Shown piece after piece: positions 1 to 8,413 of a DNA stretch of 32,000 nt. A program made the position numbers and the translations under genes. Source of the stretch: Candidatus Thalassarchaeaceae archaeon (lineage in GTDB: Archaea > Thermoplasmatota > Poseidoniia > Poseidoniales > Thalassarchaeaceae); contig JBJLBP010000001.1 in NCBI GenBank assembly GCA_045568075.1, positions 1,320,001 to 1,352,000 on the forward strand. The letters run 5' to 3'. The notes beneath the pieces are model-generated. The model was given only the letters and a program-made list of their open reading frames with translations. It was not told where the DNA came from and searched no databases. Position 1 is the first letter of the stretch. Each line of letters opens with the position of its first letter.

Positions 1-9
1 GCAGTCAGT

Positions 10-1137
10 ATGACTCGTGAAGCAGGTCGAGCAATTTCGATTACTGCCCTCGAGACGATTCGGGAAGGAGCTCGATTCATGGGTGTCCTAGGCTCTCGAG
101 GAGAACTCCTCAACCCATTCGGGCACATCGATGCTGCAATCTGGTCGGAAACCGATGTGCCGGAATACATGGTTGAAGCAGCTTACGACTACTGTGAGGA
201 ATTAACTCGCGTCGAGGCTGGCAACTTTTACCACTCGTTCAAGTATCTACCAAACGAGGCACGTCGCGCCATCTGCGCTTACTACGCCTTCTGCCGGCGC
301 GCCGACGACATCGCCGACGGAGATTATGTTGATTCATTCCCTGGAGGTTCTTCCGACGATCCTGAATCAATCGAATACAGGGCCGATATTGAGCGTTTGA
401 CTGGGAGTAGCCCGGTCGTTACTCGTGACCATTACGACGACCGGATGTCACAACTGTTCTACTATCGAAAGAAGCTCTCAACCGCTTACGGACAAATCAC
501 ATCGACAGATCCAATTTTCATTGCTCTCAAAGATACGATTCGACGCTACAACATCCCGAGGCAGCTGTTAGACGACATGATTAGTGGAATGGAAGATGAC
601 TTTCACCGAAACCGCTACGAGACTTTTGAAGAACTCTACTCCTACTGTTACCGAGTGGCCTCTACGGTCGGACTGGTCTGCATCGAGATTTACGGCTATG
701 ATGACCTAGAAGCTCGCGAATTCTCTGAATCATGGGGTATTTTCATGCAAATGACGAATATCATTCGCGACGTCGCTGAGGATGCCGAGCGCGACAGAAT
801 TTACCTTCCGATGGAGGACCTGCGCCGCTACGGCATCAGCGAGCAGGATGTGAAGAGCGGCGCTGACCTGCTCAAGCACCCTGGATGGAAGCCATTCGTC
901 GAGGAGTACATTTCGCGGGCGGAGACTTACCGAGATAAGGCGTTCAAATTGCTACCACTGCTCGACCGACAGTCACGTTATTCGCCCGCAGCAATGATGG
1001 CTTTTTACGAATCGATCCTAAAGAAAATCAACAAGAGTGAAGGGGATGTTTTCACTCAGCGCGTACAGCTTTCGAAGGCGGAGAAGATTACTCTAGCTGC
1101 TTACGTGTACACACGTTACCGCTTCCTTGCTCTTTGA
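10..1137 (+). CDS. crtB: phytoene/squalene synthase family protein (phytoene synthase-like)
   Basis: The translation carries both Asp-rich motifs of the family (YAFCRRADDIADG and ISGMEDDFHRNRY) plus YSYCYRVASTVG. The N-terminal ~50 aa look like an extension, so a later start (ATG 79 or ATG 169) is possible. The upstream context lies outside the window. Confidence 0.8.
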   Translation: MTREAGRAISITALETIREGARFMGVLGSRGELLNPFGHIDAAIWSETDVPEYMVEAAYDYCEELTRVEAGNFYHSFKYLPNEARRAICAYYAFCRRADDIADGDYVDSFPGGSSDDPESIEYRADIERLTGSSPVVTRDHYDDRMSQLFYYRKKLSTAYGQITSTDPIFIALKDTIRRYNIPRQLLDDMISGMEDDFHRNRYETFEELYSYCYRVASTVGLVCIEIYGYDDLEAREFSESWGIFMQMTNIIRDVAEDAERDRIYLPMEDLRRYGISEQDVKSGADLLKHPGWKPFVEEYISRAETYRDKAFKLLPLLDRQSRYSPAAMMAFYESILKKINKSEGDVFTQRVQLSKAEKITLAAYVYTRYRFLAL

Positions 1138-1207
1138 GCCGGAAGCGGCTTGTATTGGACAAGTCTCAAGGGAAGATTATCGGGCGGAGCAAACAGGAGG
1201 GGTATGT

Positions 1208-2986
1208 ATGAGGGTCGCTGTTCTGCTCGAGGATCGCTGTCAGCCCAAGAAATGCAACGCAGAATGCTGGGCTTTTTGCCCGCCCGTCCGCAACGGAATC
1301 GAGTGCATCGTGCTCGATGATTCAAGTGGTAAGCCGTTGGTTTCAGAGCCGCTGTGTATCGGTTGCGGTATTTGTGTCAACAAGTGTCCATTCGACGCAC
1401 TGATTATTACAAATCTACCCGAGGAACTCGATGGAGACATGACTCACCGATATGGTGAGAATGGATTCCGCTTGTTCCGTCTGCCCGCACCTCGCGAGGA
1501 GCAAGTTGTAGGCATCCTCGGACCCAACGGGATGGGGAAATCCACCGCAATCAATCTACTCTCAGGCGCACTACGACCGAATCTTGGTGACTGGACCATC
1601 GACTCTCGTGACTGGACCGAAATCATCGAATCATTCCCTCGCGGAGAGTTGCGCGATTATCTGACGATGGTCGCTGAGGAAGGTGTGAAGATTGCTGTGA
1701 AGCCACAGTACATCGACAAGCTACCGAAAATCTTCGAAGGAAAAGCCAGAGAATTGCTGGAACGCGTCGATGACCGCGGTGAAATACAAGAATATGCTGA
1801 ACTACTCGCCATCGATCACATTTTGGATCGCACTCTGGGTCAATTGTCAGGAGGAGAATTACAGCGAGTGGCGATGGCTGCTACTCTGCTCAAGGAGGCC
1901 GACGTCTACTTCTTCGACGAGCCTTCGTCATACCTTGATATTCACGAGCGCATGCGTGTTGTGGGCATAATCCAAGGAATGGTTGAGCGCGGTAAGCGAA
2001 TACTTGTGGTCGAGCACGATTTGGCAATTCTCGATGTGCTCTGTGATTTACTTCACGTCGTTTATGGTGAGAGAGCAGCCTTCGGAATATTCACTCCAGC
2101 TCGCACGACGAGAGCCGCAATCAATGCCTATCTCGACGGATTCCTTCCCGAAGAAAATGTGCGAATCCGTGACAAACCGATTCAATTCTTGCGCGGGCGA
2201 GTGCGAGGTGAAGAAGTAGGTCAGACCATCCTTTCGTGGGGAGATATGGAGAAGACTTTGGGTGATTTCCATCTCAAAACCGGCGAAGGCCAGGTGCGAA
2301 GCGCCGAGGTCGTAGGTGTGGTTGGACCGAACGCTACTGGAAAGACCACAATGGTTCGAATGATTGCTGGTGAGATGGAACCAGATCAAGGTTGGTGCAC
2401 GATGGATGCTAGCGTCTCGTACAAGCCGCAACACGTCAGAACCGACTTCGATGGCAGCGTACAAGATTGGCTCGATACGGAACTCGGTGCTAAGTGGCGA
2501 AGCGGCGAGTTCCACACTCAAGTGATTCGTCCGCTGCAGGTCGACCAATTGGTCGAATTACGGGCTAAGAAACTCTCTGGTGGAGAGTTACAGGCGGTCA
2601 GCATCGCGATTTGTCTAGGAAAGGAAGCTGACCTCTACTTGCTAGATGAGCCGAGCGCTCACCTCGATGCGAATGCTCGAATGGAGGCTGCTAAGGCAAT
2701 CCGCCGCACAATGGAAAGTAATGAGAAGGCGGCTATGGTCATCGATCACGACATCTACTTCATCGACATCGTTAGCGATTCACTTCTCGTCTTTGACGGT
2801 GAAGGAGGCTCTAATGGAAATGCAGTCGGTCCGATGTCGCTGCGGAAGGGAATGAATCGCTTCCTCGAAGATGTCGATGTCACCTTCCGACGCGACCATG
2901 AATCTCACCGCCCACGGATCAATAAGCGAGGCAGTCGCAAGGACCGCGAGCAGAAGGCGAGTGGTGAATACTTCTACCTCGAATGA
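1208..2986 (+). CDS. abce1: ABCE1 / RNase L inhibitor-type ribosome recycling ATPase (Fe-S + twin ABC cassettes)
   Basis: The longest ORF is 1127-2986. I moved the start to ATG 1208, which has GGAGG at 1195-1199. The N-terminus has two ferredoxin-type Cys clusters (RVAVLLEDRCQPKKCNAECWAFCPP ... CIGCGICVNKCP). Two ABC cassettes follow, with Walker A GPNGMGKST and GPNATGKTT and signatures LSGGELQRV and LSGGELQAV. This architecture is diagnostic for ABCE1. Confidence 0.9.
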   Translation: MRVAVLLEDRCQPKKCNAECWAFCPPVRNGIECIVLDDSSGKPLVSEPLCIGCGICVNKCPFDALIITNLPEELDGDMTHRYGENGFRLFRLPAPREEQVVGILGPNGMGKSTAINLLSGALRPNLGDWTIDSRDWTEIIESFPRGELRDYLTMVAEEGVKIAVKPQYIDKLPKIFEGKARELLERVDDRGEIQEYAELLAIDHILDRTLGQLSGGELQRVAMAATLLKEADVYFFDEPSSYLDIHERMRVVGIIQGMVERGKRILVVEHDLAILDVLCDLLHVVYGERAAFGIFTPARTTRAAINAYLDGFLPEENVRIRDKPIQFLRGRVRGEEVGQTILSWGDMEKTLGDFHLKTGEGQVRSAEVVGVVGPNATGKTTMVRMIAGEMEPDQGWCTMDASVSYKPQHVRTDFDGSVQDWLDTELGAKWRSGEFHTQVIRPLQVDQLVELRAKKLSGGELQAVSIAICLGKEADLYLLDEPSAHLDANARMEAAKAIRRTMESNEKAAMVIDHDIYFIDIVSDSLLVFDGEGGSNGNAVGPMSLRKGMNRFLEDVDVTFRRDHESHRPRINKRGSRKDREQKASGEYFYLE

Positions 2987-3561
2987 GCGAAGTGCGAGCC
3001 TCTCCGACCATTGGATTCTTGAAGGGCGCTCAGAACCACTCACCCATGCCAGAGGATGAGTCGGGTGAGGTTGAGCCTGTCGACGAGGTCGAGATGGCTG
3101 AGGCTGAGCCTGAAGACCCGATGGAATTGCTTGAAGCGAGGGTCGAAGAATTACTCAGCGATTTACAATACGCGCGGGCAGAGACGATGAACGCGCGGCA
3201 TCGAGGCCAGCGCGACCGCGCTGAAGCGATTCGATTCGGAGCAGCAGGCCTTGCCAGCAAAATCATCCCCGCAATAGATGGCCTCGAAAAGGCTCTGAGC
3301 AATGGTAATGGTGACAATGAGGCCATCACCGAGGGTGTTCGAATGACTCTTGACTCTCTCAAGAACGCCCTCGAAACCGAAGGAGTCACCCGAGTTGAAA
3401 CGGTTGGTGCAGCCTTCGACCCAACTCATATGGAAGCAATCGCAACGATTCCTGCACCCGACGGACAGGCCGCCGGGACGGTCATCGAAGAAATCGAATC
3501 CGGATTCATGCTACATGACCGTGTTCTGAGGCCAGCAAAAGTCGTCGTCGCTAGTGATTGA
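2983..3561 (+). CDS. grpE: GrpE nucleotide exchange factor
   Basis: It has a coiled-coil segment (LEARVEELLSDLQYARAETMNARHR) and the C-terminal GrpE beta-domain pattern (FDPTHMEAI ... GFMLHDRVLRPAKVVVA). ATG 2983 overlaps the ABCE1 stop (ATGA at 2983-2986). An alternative ATG lies at 3046. Confidence 0.85.
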   Translation: MSEVRASPTIGFLKGAQNHSPMPEDESGEVEPVDEVEMAEAEPEDPMELLEARVEELLSDLQYARAETMNARHRGQRDRAEAIRFGAAGLASKIIPAIDGLEKALSNGNGDNEAITEGVRMTLDSLKNALETEGVTRVETVGAAFDPTHMEAIATIPAPDGQAAGTVIEEIESGFMLHDRVLRPAKVVVASD

Positions 3562-3577
3562 ATTCTCAAAACTAGAG

Positions 3578-3584
3578 TTTATTA
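3578..3584 (+). promoter_or_regulatory. TATA-box-like element (TTTATTA) upstream of the lipoprotein gene
   Basis: It is the only AT-rich heptamer in the 47-nt gap after grpE. Its centre is ~28 nt upstream of ATG 3609 and no Shine-Dalgarno motif is present. This is compatible with an archaeal promoter driving a leaderless mRNA. Confidence 0.25.
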
Positions 3585-3608
3585 CTCATATGCCCAAGTA
3601 GACAGTTC

Positions 3609-4892
3609 ATGAGTACCCGAAAAACTGCAATTCTTCTTGTGCTATCGATGCTCTTAGCTGGTTGTATCGGAGATGCTGAGCCCAAAGCAATCGAGGGCTG
3701 CACAGATGAACTTGCCAGTAATTTCGACTCGATTGCCGAACAAGATGACGGCTCATGTGTCTATCCCGACTCTGACGGCGATGGAATCTACGATTTTGAC
3801 GAAGTCGCGGGCTGCACAAATCCTGAGGCATACAACTACGATGAGACTGCAACCGATGATGATGATTCATGTGAAATTCCGTGGATTTCTGAATACGGGA
3901 TCAATTGGGTCGAGCACGATGGGGGCGAAGGATGCGAGTGCTCGGACGGTTCGGATTGGACTTTCTGGAGCCGCGATGCCGACCCGTCACGCGTGATACT
4001 GTATTTCCAGGGCGGTGGTGCGTGTTGGGAGGACCAAAGTTGTGATACAGTAGGTGGCACATTCAAGCAGACCGTTCACGATGATGACCCAAGCATAGGT
4101 TCCGAAATTGGCGAGCAGGGATTCGACATCTATACTCTCAAGCAATACGGAATAGGAAATTTCCGCAACGCAGATAATCCAATCGCTGATTGGAGTTGGA
4201 TCTATATCCCATACTGCACAGGTGATGTCCACCTTGGAAGCAAAACGGGAGAATATTCCGATAGCACGATTGAACACAAGGGTCACAACAACTCACAATC
4301 CGCTTACAATTTCATGCTCGAAAATTACCCTGATGCTGAGACGATTCTTGTTACCGGTTCGAGCGCCGGCTCGATTCCAGCCCCTCTATACGGAGCACAA
4401 GTGGCAGTCGATTACCCCGATTCTAAAGTGATGGTCTTCAACGATGGAAGCGATGGACTATTCACCAACGAGACCTTCGATTTCTACGACATATGGAACC
4501 TGAATGATACCATGCCGGATTTCCCTGGAATCGATGGTTTGAACTTCAACAAGATGGATTCTGGAGACTTGATTATCTACACACACAGTGTAGACAGTTC
4601 AATTCGATTCGGTCGATTCTCAGATTCAAATGATGAAACCATGCGCTTCTTCGGAGCACTGCTCGGTAATGACATCTCTTTGGAATACCGCGATCAGGTT
4701 CTGTATTCCGAGCAGAAAGTCGAGGATTCTGGGATTGAACTTTCGGCCTACATGACCGGAGGTAACGGTCACACCATTCTACTCTCAGACCGTTTCTTCA
4801 CCCTCGAGACAGAAGGGGTGTCATTCCTTGATTGGTTCACCGCTTGGATTGAGGGTGATGACGTCGAGGACGTTCATTGCACCGATTGCTGA
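3609..4892 (+). CDS. secreted lipoprotein, alpha/beta-hydrolase of pectin-acetylesterase/Notum-like type (tentative)
   Basis: Signal peptide with lipobox (MSTRKTAILLVLSMLLAGC). It is followed by two Cys-bracketed modules and a DSDGDGIYDFDE acidic motif. The body contains LYFQGGGACWEDQSCD, a nucleophile elbow LVTGSSAGS and a late GNGHT. This pattern matches what I recall for PF03283-type esterases. Function is assigned by motif only. Confidence 0.55.
   Translation: MSTRKTAILLVLSMLLAGCIGDAEPKAIEGCTDELASNFDSIAEQDDGSCVYPDSDGDGIYDFDEVAGCTNPEAYNYDETATDDDDSCEIPWISEYGINWVEHDGGEGCECSDGSDWTFWSRDADPSRVILYFQGGGACWEDQSCDTVGGTFKQTVHDDDPSIGSEIGEQGFDIYTLKQYGIGNFRNADNPIADWSWIYIPYCTGDVHLGSKTGEYSDSTIEHKGHNNSQSAYNFMLENYPDAETILVTGSSAGSIPAPLYGAQVAVDYPDSKVMVFNDGSDGLFTNETFDFYDIWNLNDTMPDFPGIDGLNFNKMDSGDLIIYTHSVDSSIRFGRFSDSNDETMRFFGALLGNDISLEYRDQVLYSEQKVEDSGIELSAYMTGGNGHTILLSDRFFTLETEGVSFLDWFTAWIEGDDVEDVHCTDC
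3696..3881 (+). repeat. two tandem copies of a ~23-aa Cys-bracketed module within the lipoprotein gene
   Basis: GCTDELASNFDSIAEQDDGSCVYP (aa 30-53) versus GCTNPEAYNYDETATDDDDSCEIP (aa 68-91). Cys-Cys spacing is identical (19 residues). Shared pattern is GCT[DN]..A.N[FY]D..[AT]..DD.SC..P. Confidence 0.7.
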
Positions 4893-4914
4893 GACGGTCA
4901 GCAGTCTCCAAGAT

Positions 4915-5529
4915 TCAGCCGACCGGTTCGCCACCTTCACCCATGAAGGCGAGGCGGTGTAGTCCATTTGTCTCAATGAGATTGTCTAGAACAGCGCTCG
5001 GGACGAGGGAGCCGAGGACTTCTCGGAGCGCCGCTTCTTCGGCGATAGTACTGAGCATGCGAGCAGTCTCACGGATTCGCCAACCCTCGAAGCGCTCGCG
5101 CTCGGTGAGGGGTATCAGAATGACTTCCCAGCCTGCCGCAGCATAGAGCTCGCTCGTCCCCATATCAGTAGTGACAAGAGAGCCTGCTGCACCATGGTAG
5201 GCCTCAGCATGGCTAACCCAATTTGGAGGATCTTCGATATCGGGAATTGCACAGATATGGGTATTCTCGATCTCAGAGGTTTCAAGCCAAGCGGCAATCA
5301 TCACTTCGCGTTCTTCGGCAGACCATGGGTTGGCGAGGTTTTGTGGCCGGTTCGAAGAGCCAATTCCGATGATTAAAGTCGAATCTGGTCGGTGCTCATC
5401 ACGTATCGCTGCAGCAGCATCAACCATCGCAGCATGGCCCATATGGAATGGTTGGAATCGGCCGATTACAACAACCCCAGGCTGTGGTGGCTCGGCCGGT
5501 GCATCAGGTAGCATTGGGAGGTCTGTCAT
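4915..5529 (-). CDS. nadM: nicotinamide-nucleotide adenylyltransferase (archaeal NadM type)
   Basis: HxGH nucleotidyltransferase motif in VVIGRFQPFHMGH, followed by IGIGSSNRPQNLANPWSAEER. The size (~200 aa) and layout match archaeal NMNAT as I recall it. Confidence 0.7.
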   Translation of the reverse strand: MTDLPMLPDAPAEPPQPGVVVIGRFQPFHMGHAAMVDAAAAIRDEHRPDSTLIIGIGSSNRPQNLANPWSAEEREVMIAAWLETSEIENTHICAIPDIEDPPNWVSHAEAYHGAAGSLVTTDMGTSELYAAAGWEVILIPLTERERFEGWRIRETARMLSTIAEEAALREVLGSLVPSAVLDNLIETNGLHRLAFMGEGGEPVG

Positions 5530-6158
5530 GCCACCACCTCTGCTAATCTAGTCTCACCGAGGACCCAGTCCTCTGGGCTGAGGTATTCACGACCAATTAA
5601 CAATGTCAATCTTGGGTCGTGAGACAATTCAATGAAGTTATACAGGCTCTCAGTAAGCGTTCTGTGCGATTCCATCGTCGGCAATATCCGTGGATCTTCA
5701 TCAGGGTTCAGAGACTCTCCAAGTTTCTGCCTTCTCTCCATCCAATCAAGAATTACCGACTCCGAATACGACTCGCGGTCACTACTTGCTAAGGCCGTCG
5801 CGAGTCGCTGCCAGATTTCGGCTGAACCGAATACTTCAGCACCTTCCAATCTCTCATCTAACAAGGGCTCAACATAGAGGAATAAACGACCATCCCAGCA
5901 TCGCCACTCGGCCACACTCGCCCAATCACAAAGGATCAGCGATGCCGCAGCATCCAAACCGTCATCAGCGGCATCGGCCCACTCGAGAAAATCTCCTTCG
6001 ATATCGACAGCAAATCCACGATGGAAGCGAGGATCCCCCGCGGGACGCTCCTCTGCGAGACGGCCGCTCTCGAAGGTCAGAACCAATTGATCGACGCTCA
6101 TCGAACGTAGTCGCTCGAGAGCGGCTAAATCAACCAGACGAAGGATAACATCAGCCAT
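5526..6158 (-). CDS. hypothetical protein (acidic, no recognisable motif)
   Basis: 210-aa ORF. Its stop overlaps the nadM start by 4 nt (5526-5529), which implies co-translation. I recognise no family signature. Confidence 0.55.
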   Translation of the reverse strand: MADVILRLVDLAALERLRSMSVDQLVLTFESGRLAEERPAGDPRFHRGFAVDIEGDFLEWADAADDGLDAAASLILCDWASVAEWRCWDGRLFLYVEPLLDERLEGAEVFGSAEIWQRLATALASSDRESYSESVILDWMERRQKLGESLNPDEDPRILPTMESHRTLTESLYNFIELSHDPRLTLLIGREYLSPEDWVLGETRLAEVVA

Positions 6159-6420
6159 ACACTCACCTCTAGCAGACCCTACGAGTCACCCTCCATCAAC
6201 GTATCATCTCCGCATCGAGAACGTTCTCACGCCGCCTCGCAATCAAACTGAATTTCTTCCAGAGTAGAAGCAGAGCCGGATTCTTCACCCAATCCATGTT
6301 CACCCGAGCCGTAGGCTCGGATTGAAAGTTCACGCTCTCACGCTGCAAATCTCGGCATCGGGTTGAAGAACTCCACACCAGCGCATCGAACCATCCCCCA
6401 CGTGGGCCGGAGCGTTCGTC

Positions 6421-7536
6421 ATGGCAACCATCGATGAACAGATTAAGAGTCTCGAGGAGGAGATCTCGAAGACCAAGTACAACAAGGCCACTCAAGGCCA
6501 CATAGGGAAACTGAAGGCGAAAATCGCCGCTCTCAAAGAACGCAAGGATAAGGCTCAGGCCCATGCAAAATCAAGTGGAGGAGGGCCTGGATTCGAAGTT
6601 AAGAAGTCTGGAGATGCATCTGTTGCTCTAGTCGGATTTCCCAGTGTAGGAAAGTCAAGTCTGATCTCGCAATTGACGGATGTCGAATCAGACACAGGAC
6701 ATTTTGCTTTCACAACTCTAACCTGCATCCCTGGCGTACTACACCACCGAGGCGCTACCATTCAGATTCTGGATTTGCCTGGATTGATCAAGGGTGCATC
6801 GGAAGGAAAGGGCCGCGGACGAGAGATCCTCAATGTGATTCGAGGATGTGACATGGTCCTGTATGTCGTCGACCCTTTCCAAGGGGCGCACTTCGAGATT
6901 CTAGATATGGAGTTGTGGCGGGCCGGAATGCGCCTGAATCAACCTAAGCCTCAAGTTTTCATCGATAGGACAGAGCGGGGCGGCATCGTCGTACGCTCGA
7001 CTCTAGAGCAAACTAATCTGGAAGAAGAGGAGATTCAAGCGATTATCCGTAGCTTCGGAATTGTCTCCGCGAACGTGACACTGCGAACTGATGTGACCGA
7101 CGACCATATCGTAGATACGCTCGCGGGTAACAGAGTCTATTCCGATGCTGTGATCGTTCTAAACAAGGTTGACCTCGCCACAGAAAGCGACCTGACCACA
7201 GCTCGGGAGTTGTTGCCTGGAAATTGGCCCATTCTACCGGTTTCGGCAAAGACTGGGCAGGGTATTGAGGCGATGAAGGACTTCATTTTCGACAATCTTC
7301 ACTTTATGTCGATTTTTCTCAAACCACAAGGCCAAGAGGCAGATCTAATCGAACCGTTAATCGTCAAAAATACCTCAACGGTTCGCGATGTCTGTGTGAA
7401 ATTACATCGTGATTTCGTCCGCAAATTCCGCTACGCGCGAGTGAAGGGACCGAGCGCTAAATTCGACTGGCAACGTGTTGGTCTTGACCACCTTCTGAAG
7501 GATGACGATCTGCTGACAATCATCCTCCGTAAGTGA
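6421..7536 (+). CDS. drg: DRG-type (developmentally regulated) GTP-binding protein, Obg superfamily with C-terminal TGS domain
   Basis: The characteristic DRG N-terminus is present (MATIDEQIKSLEEEISKTKYNKATQGHIGKLKAKIAALKE). G1 motif GFPSVGKSS, G3 DLPGLI, G4 NKVD. The C-terminal TGS-like segment reads IVKNTSTVRDVCVKLHRDF. Confidence 0.88.
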   Translation: MATIDEQIKSLEEEISKTKYNKATQGHIGKLKAKIAALKERKDKAQAHAKSSGGGPGFEVKKSGDASVALVGFPSVGKSSLISQLTDVESDTGHFAFTTLTCIPGVLHHRGATIQILDLPGLIKGASEGKGRGREILNVIRGCDMVLYVVDPFQGAHFEILDMELWRAGMRLNQPKPQVFIDRTERGGIVVRSTLEQTNLEEEEIQAIIRSFGIVSANVTLRTDVTDDHIVDTLAGNRVYSDAVIVLNKVDLATESDLTTARELLPGNWPILPVSAKTGQGIEAMKDFIFDNLHFMSIFLKPQGQEADLIEPLIVKNTSTVRDVCVKLHRDFVRKFRYARVKGPSAKFDWQRVGLDHLLKDDDLLTIILRK

Positions 7537-7549
7537 AGACTCGAACAGG

Positions 7550-8377
7550 ATGTCCTTGCTCTATTATTGCGGGAATGGCTTGCGAATCATTCACCAATGG
7601 GTGTCGGTACCGGGCAGCGTGGCTGAGTCCCTCGATATGCTGCCGCGTGCCGAATTGCGCGCCATCTTTGCTCATCTGCAAGGGCGTGCGGCCTTGCTAA
7701 TCGGCGTATTCGTGTTGGGCTTCGTGGCGGGATATCCTCTTGCTGAAGTGATGATTGAAATATTGCTGGATGCCGATGGATACCGACCAGTTGGTGTCGA
7801 AATTATCGTTCTGCAGCCGATGGAAATCGTCCTACTAAAATTGAGAATTGCCAGTCAGATTGGAGTTGCTCTATTCGCTGCTACCCTGATTGGTGACTTA
7901 GCATGGAATGGACGACGAATATTCGCTCAGGGAAAGAGAATCGCTGTACCACAGAGTGGTGGTGGCTTCGTTCGCTTCATCACCGCCTTCTTTTTCATGG
8001 CGATTCTTGGTGTTTTGGGATTCCTTTACGCTCACGAGATACTGATTCCTTTCTTACTCGATTATCTCGCTGAGGATGCGAGCGCAGCCGGTTTGGATTC
8101 AACTTGGCAGTTGCGCTCGTGGATTGGCTTCATCATTGGACTTTACATGGGTTCGATACTGAGTTTCCAAGTTCCGCTCATAGTGGTGACAATGATTCGC
8201 GCTGATGTCGTCGACCGCAGCGTAGTCACCGATAATCGCCCATTACTTTGGTTCGCTGCGGCAGTGATTGGAGCTTTCGTCTCCCCTCCAGACCCTATCT
8301 CGATGTTTCTCGTCGGTGGGCCAATGCTCGTCCTACTCGAAATCGCTCTCTTGTTTGACCGCCTAGGAAGAGATTAG
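7550..8377 (+). CDS. tatC: twin-arginine translocase subunit TatC
   Basis: Polytopic membrane protein with the TatC signature FVSPPDP near the C-terminal third. It lies 13 nt after drg. An alternative start is ATG 7637. No tatA-sized ORF is seen nearby. Confidence 0.75.
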   Translation: MSLLYYCGNGLRIIHQWVSVPGSVAESLDMLPRAELRAIFAHLQGRAALLIGVFVLGFVAGYPLAEVMIEILLDADGYRPVGVEIIVLQPMEIVLLKLRIASQIGVALFAATLIGDLAWNGRRIFAQGKRIAVPQSGGGFVRFITAFFFMAILGVLGFLYAHEILIPFLLDYLAEDASAAGLDSTWQLRSWIGFIIGLYMGSILSFQVPLIVVTMIRADVVDRSVVTDNRPLLWFAAAVIGAFVSPPDPISMFLVGGPMLVLLEIALLFDRLGRD

Positions 8378-8394
8378 TCGAGTCGGAGACTCGA
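8378..8394. terminator. perfect 7-bp/3-nt-loop hairpin between convergent tatC and MFS genes
   Basis: TCGAGTC-gga-GACTCGA starts 1 nt after the tatC stop (8375-8377) and ends 20 nt before the MFS stop (8414). Confidence 0.35.
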
Positions 8395-8413
8395 CCTCTC
8401 GGACCTAGTCTAC

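Noticed and set aside
2048-2548. 166-aa minus-strand ORF, plus several 60-120-aa ORFs at 1116-3429
   Set aside because: They are antisense or out of frame within ABCE1 and grpE, which have unambiguous family signatures. No motifs are present.
5690-6148. 152-aa plus-strand ORF opposite the 210-aa hypothetical gene
   Set aside because: Its composition is His/Arg/Pro-rich and low-complexity. The minus-strand ORF is translationally coupled to nadM and looks more protein-like. I cannot fully exclude this ORF without codon statistics.
6196-6564. 122-aa minus-strand ORF crossing the 262-nt spacer
   Set aside because: It starts inside the drg coding region in antisense. It has no motif and no plausible start context. 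The portion within the spacer would encode only about 30 aa from an internal Met.
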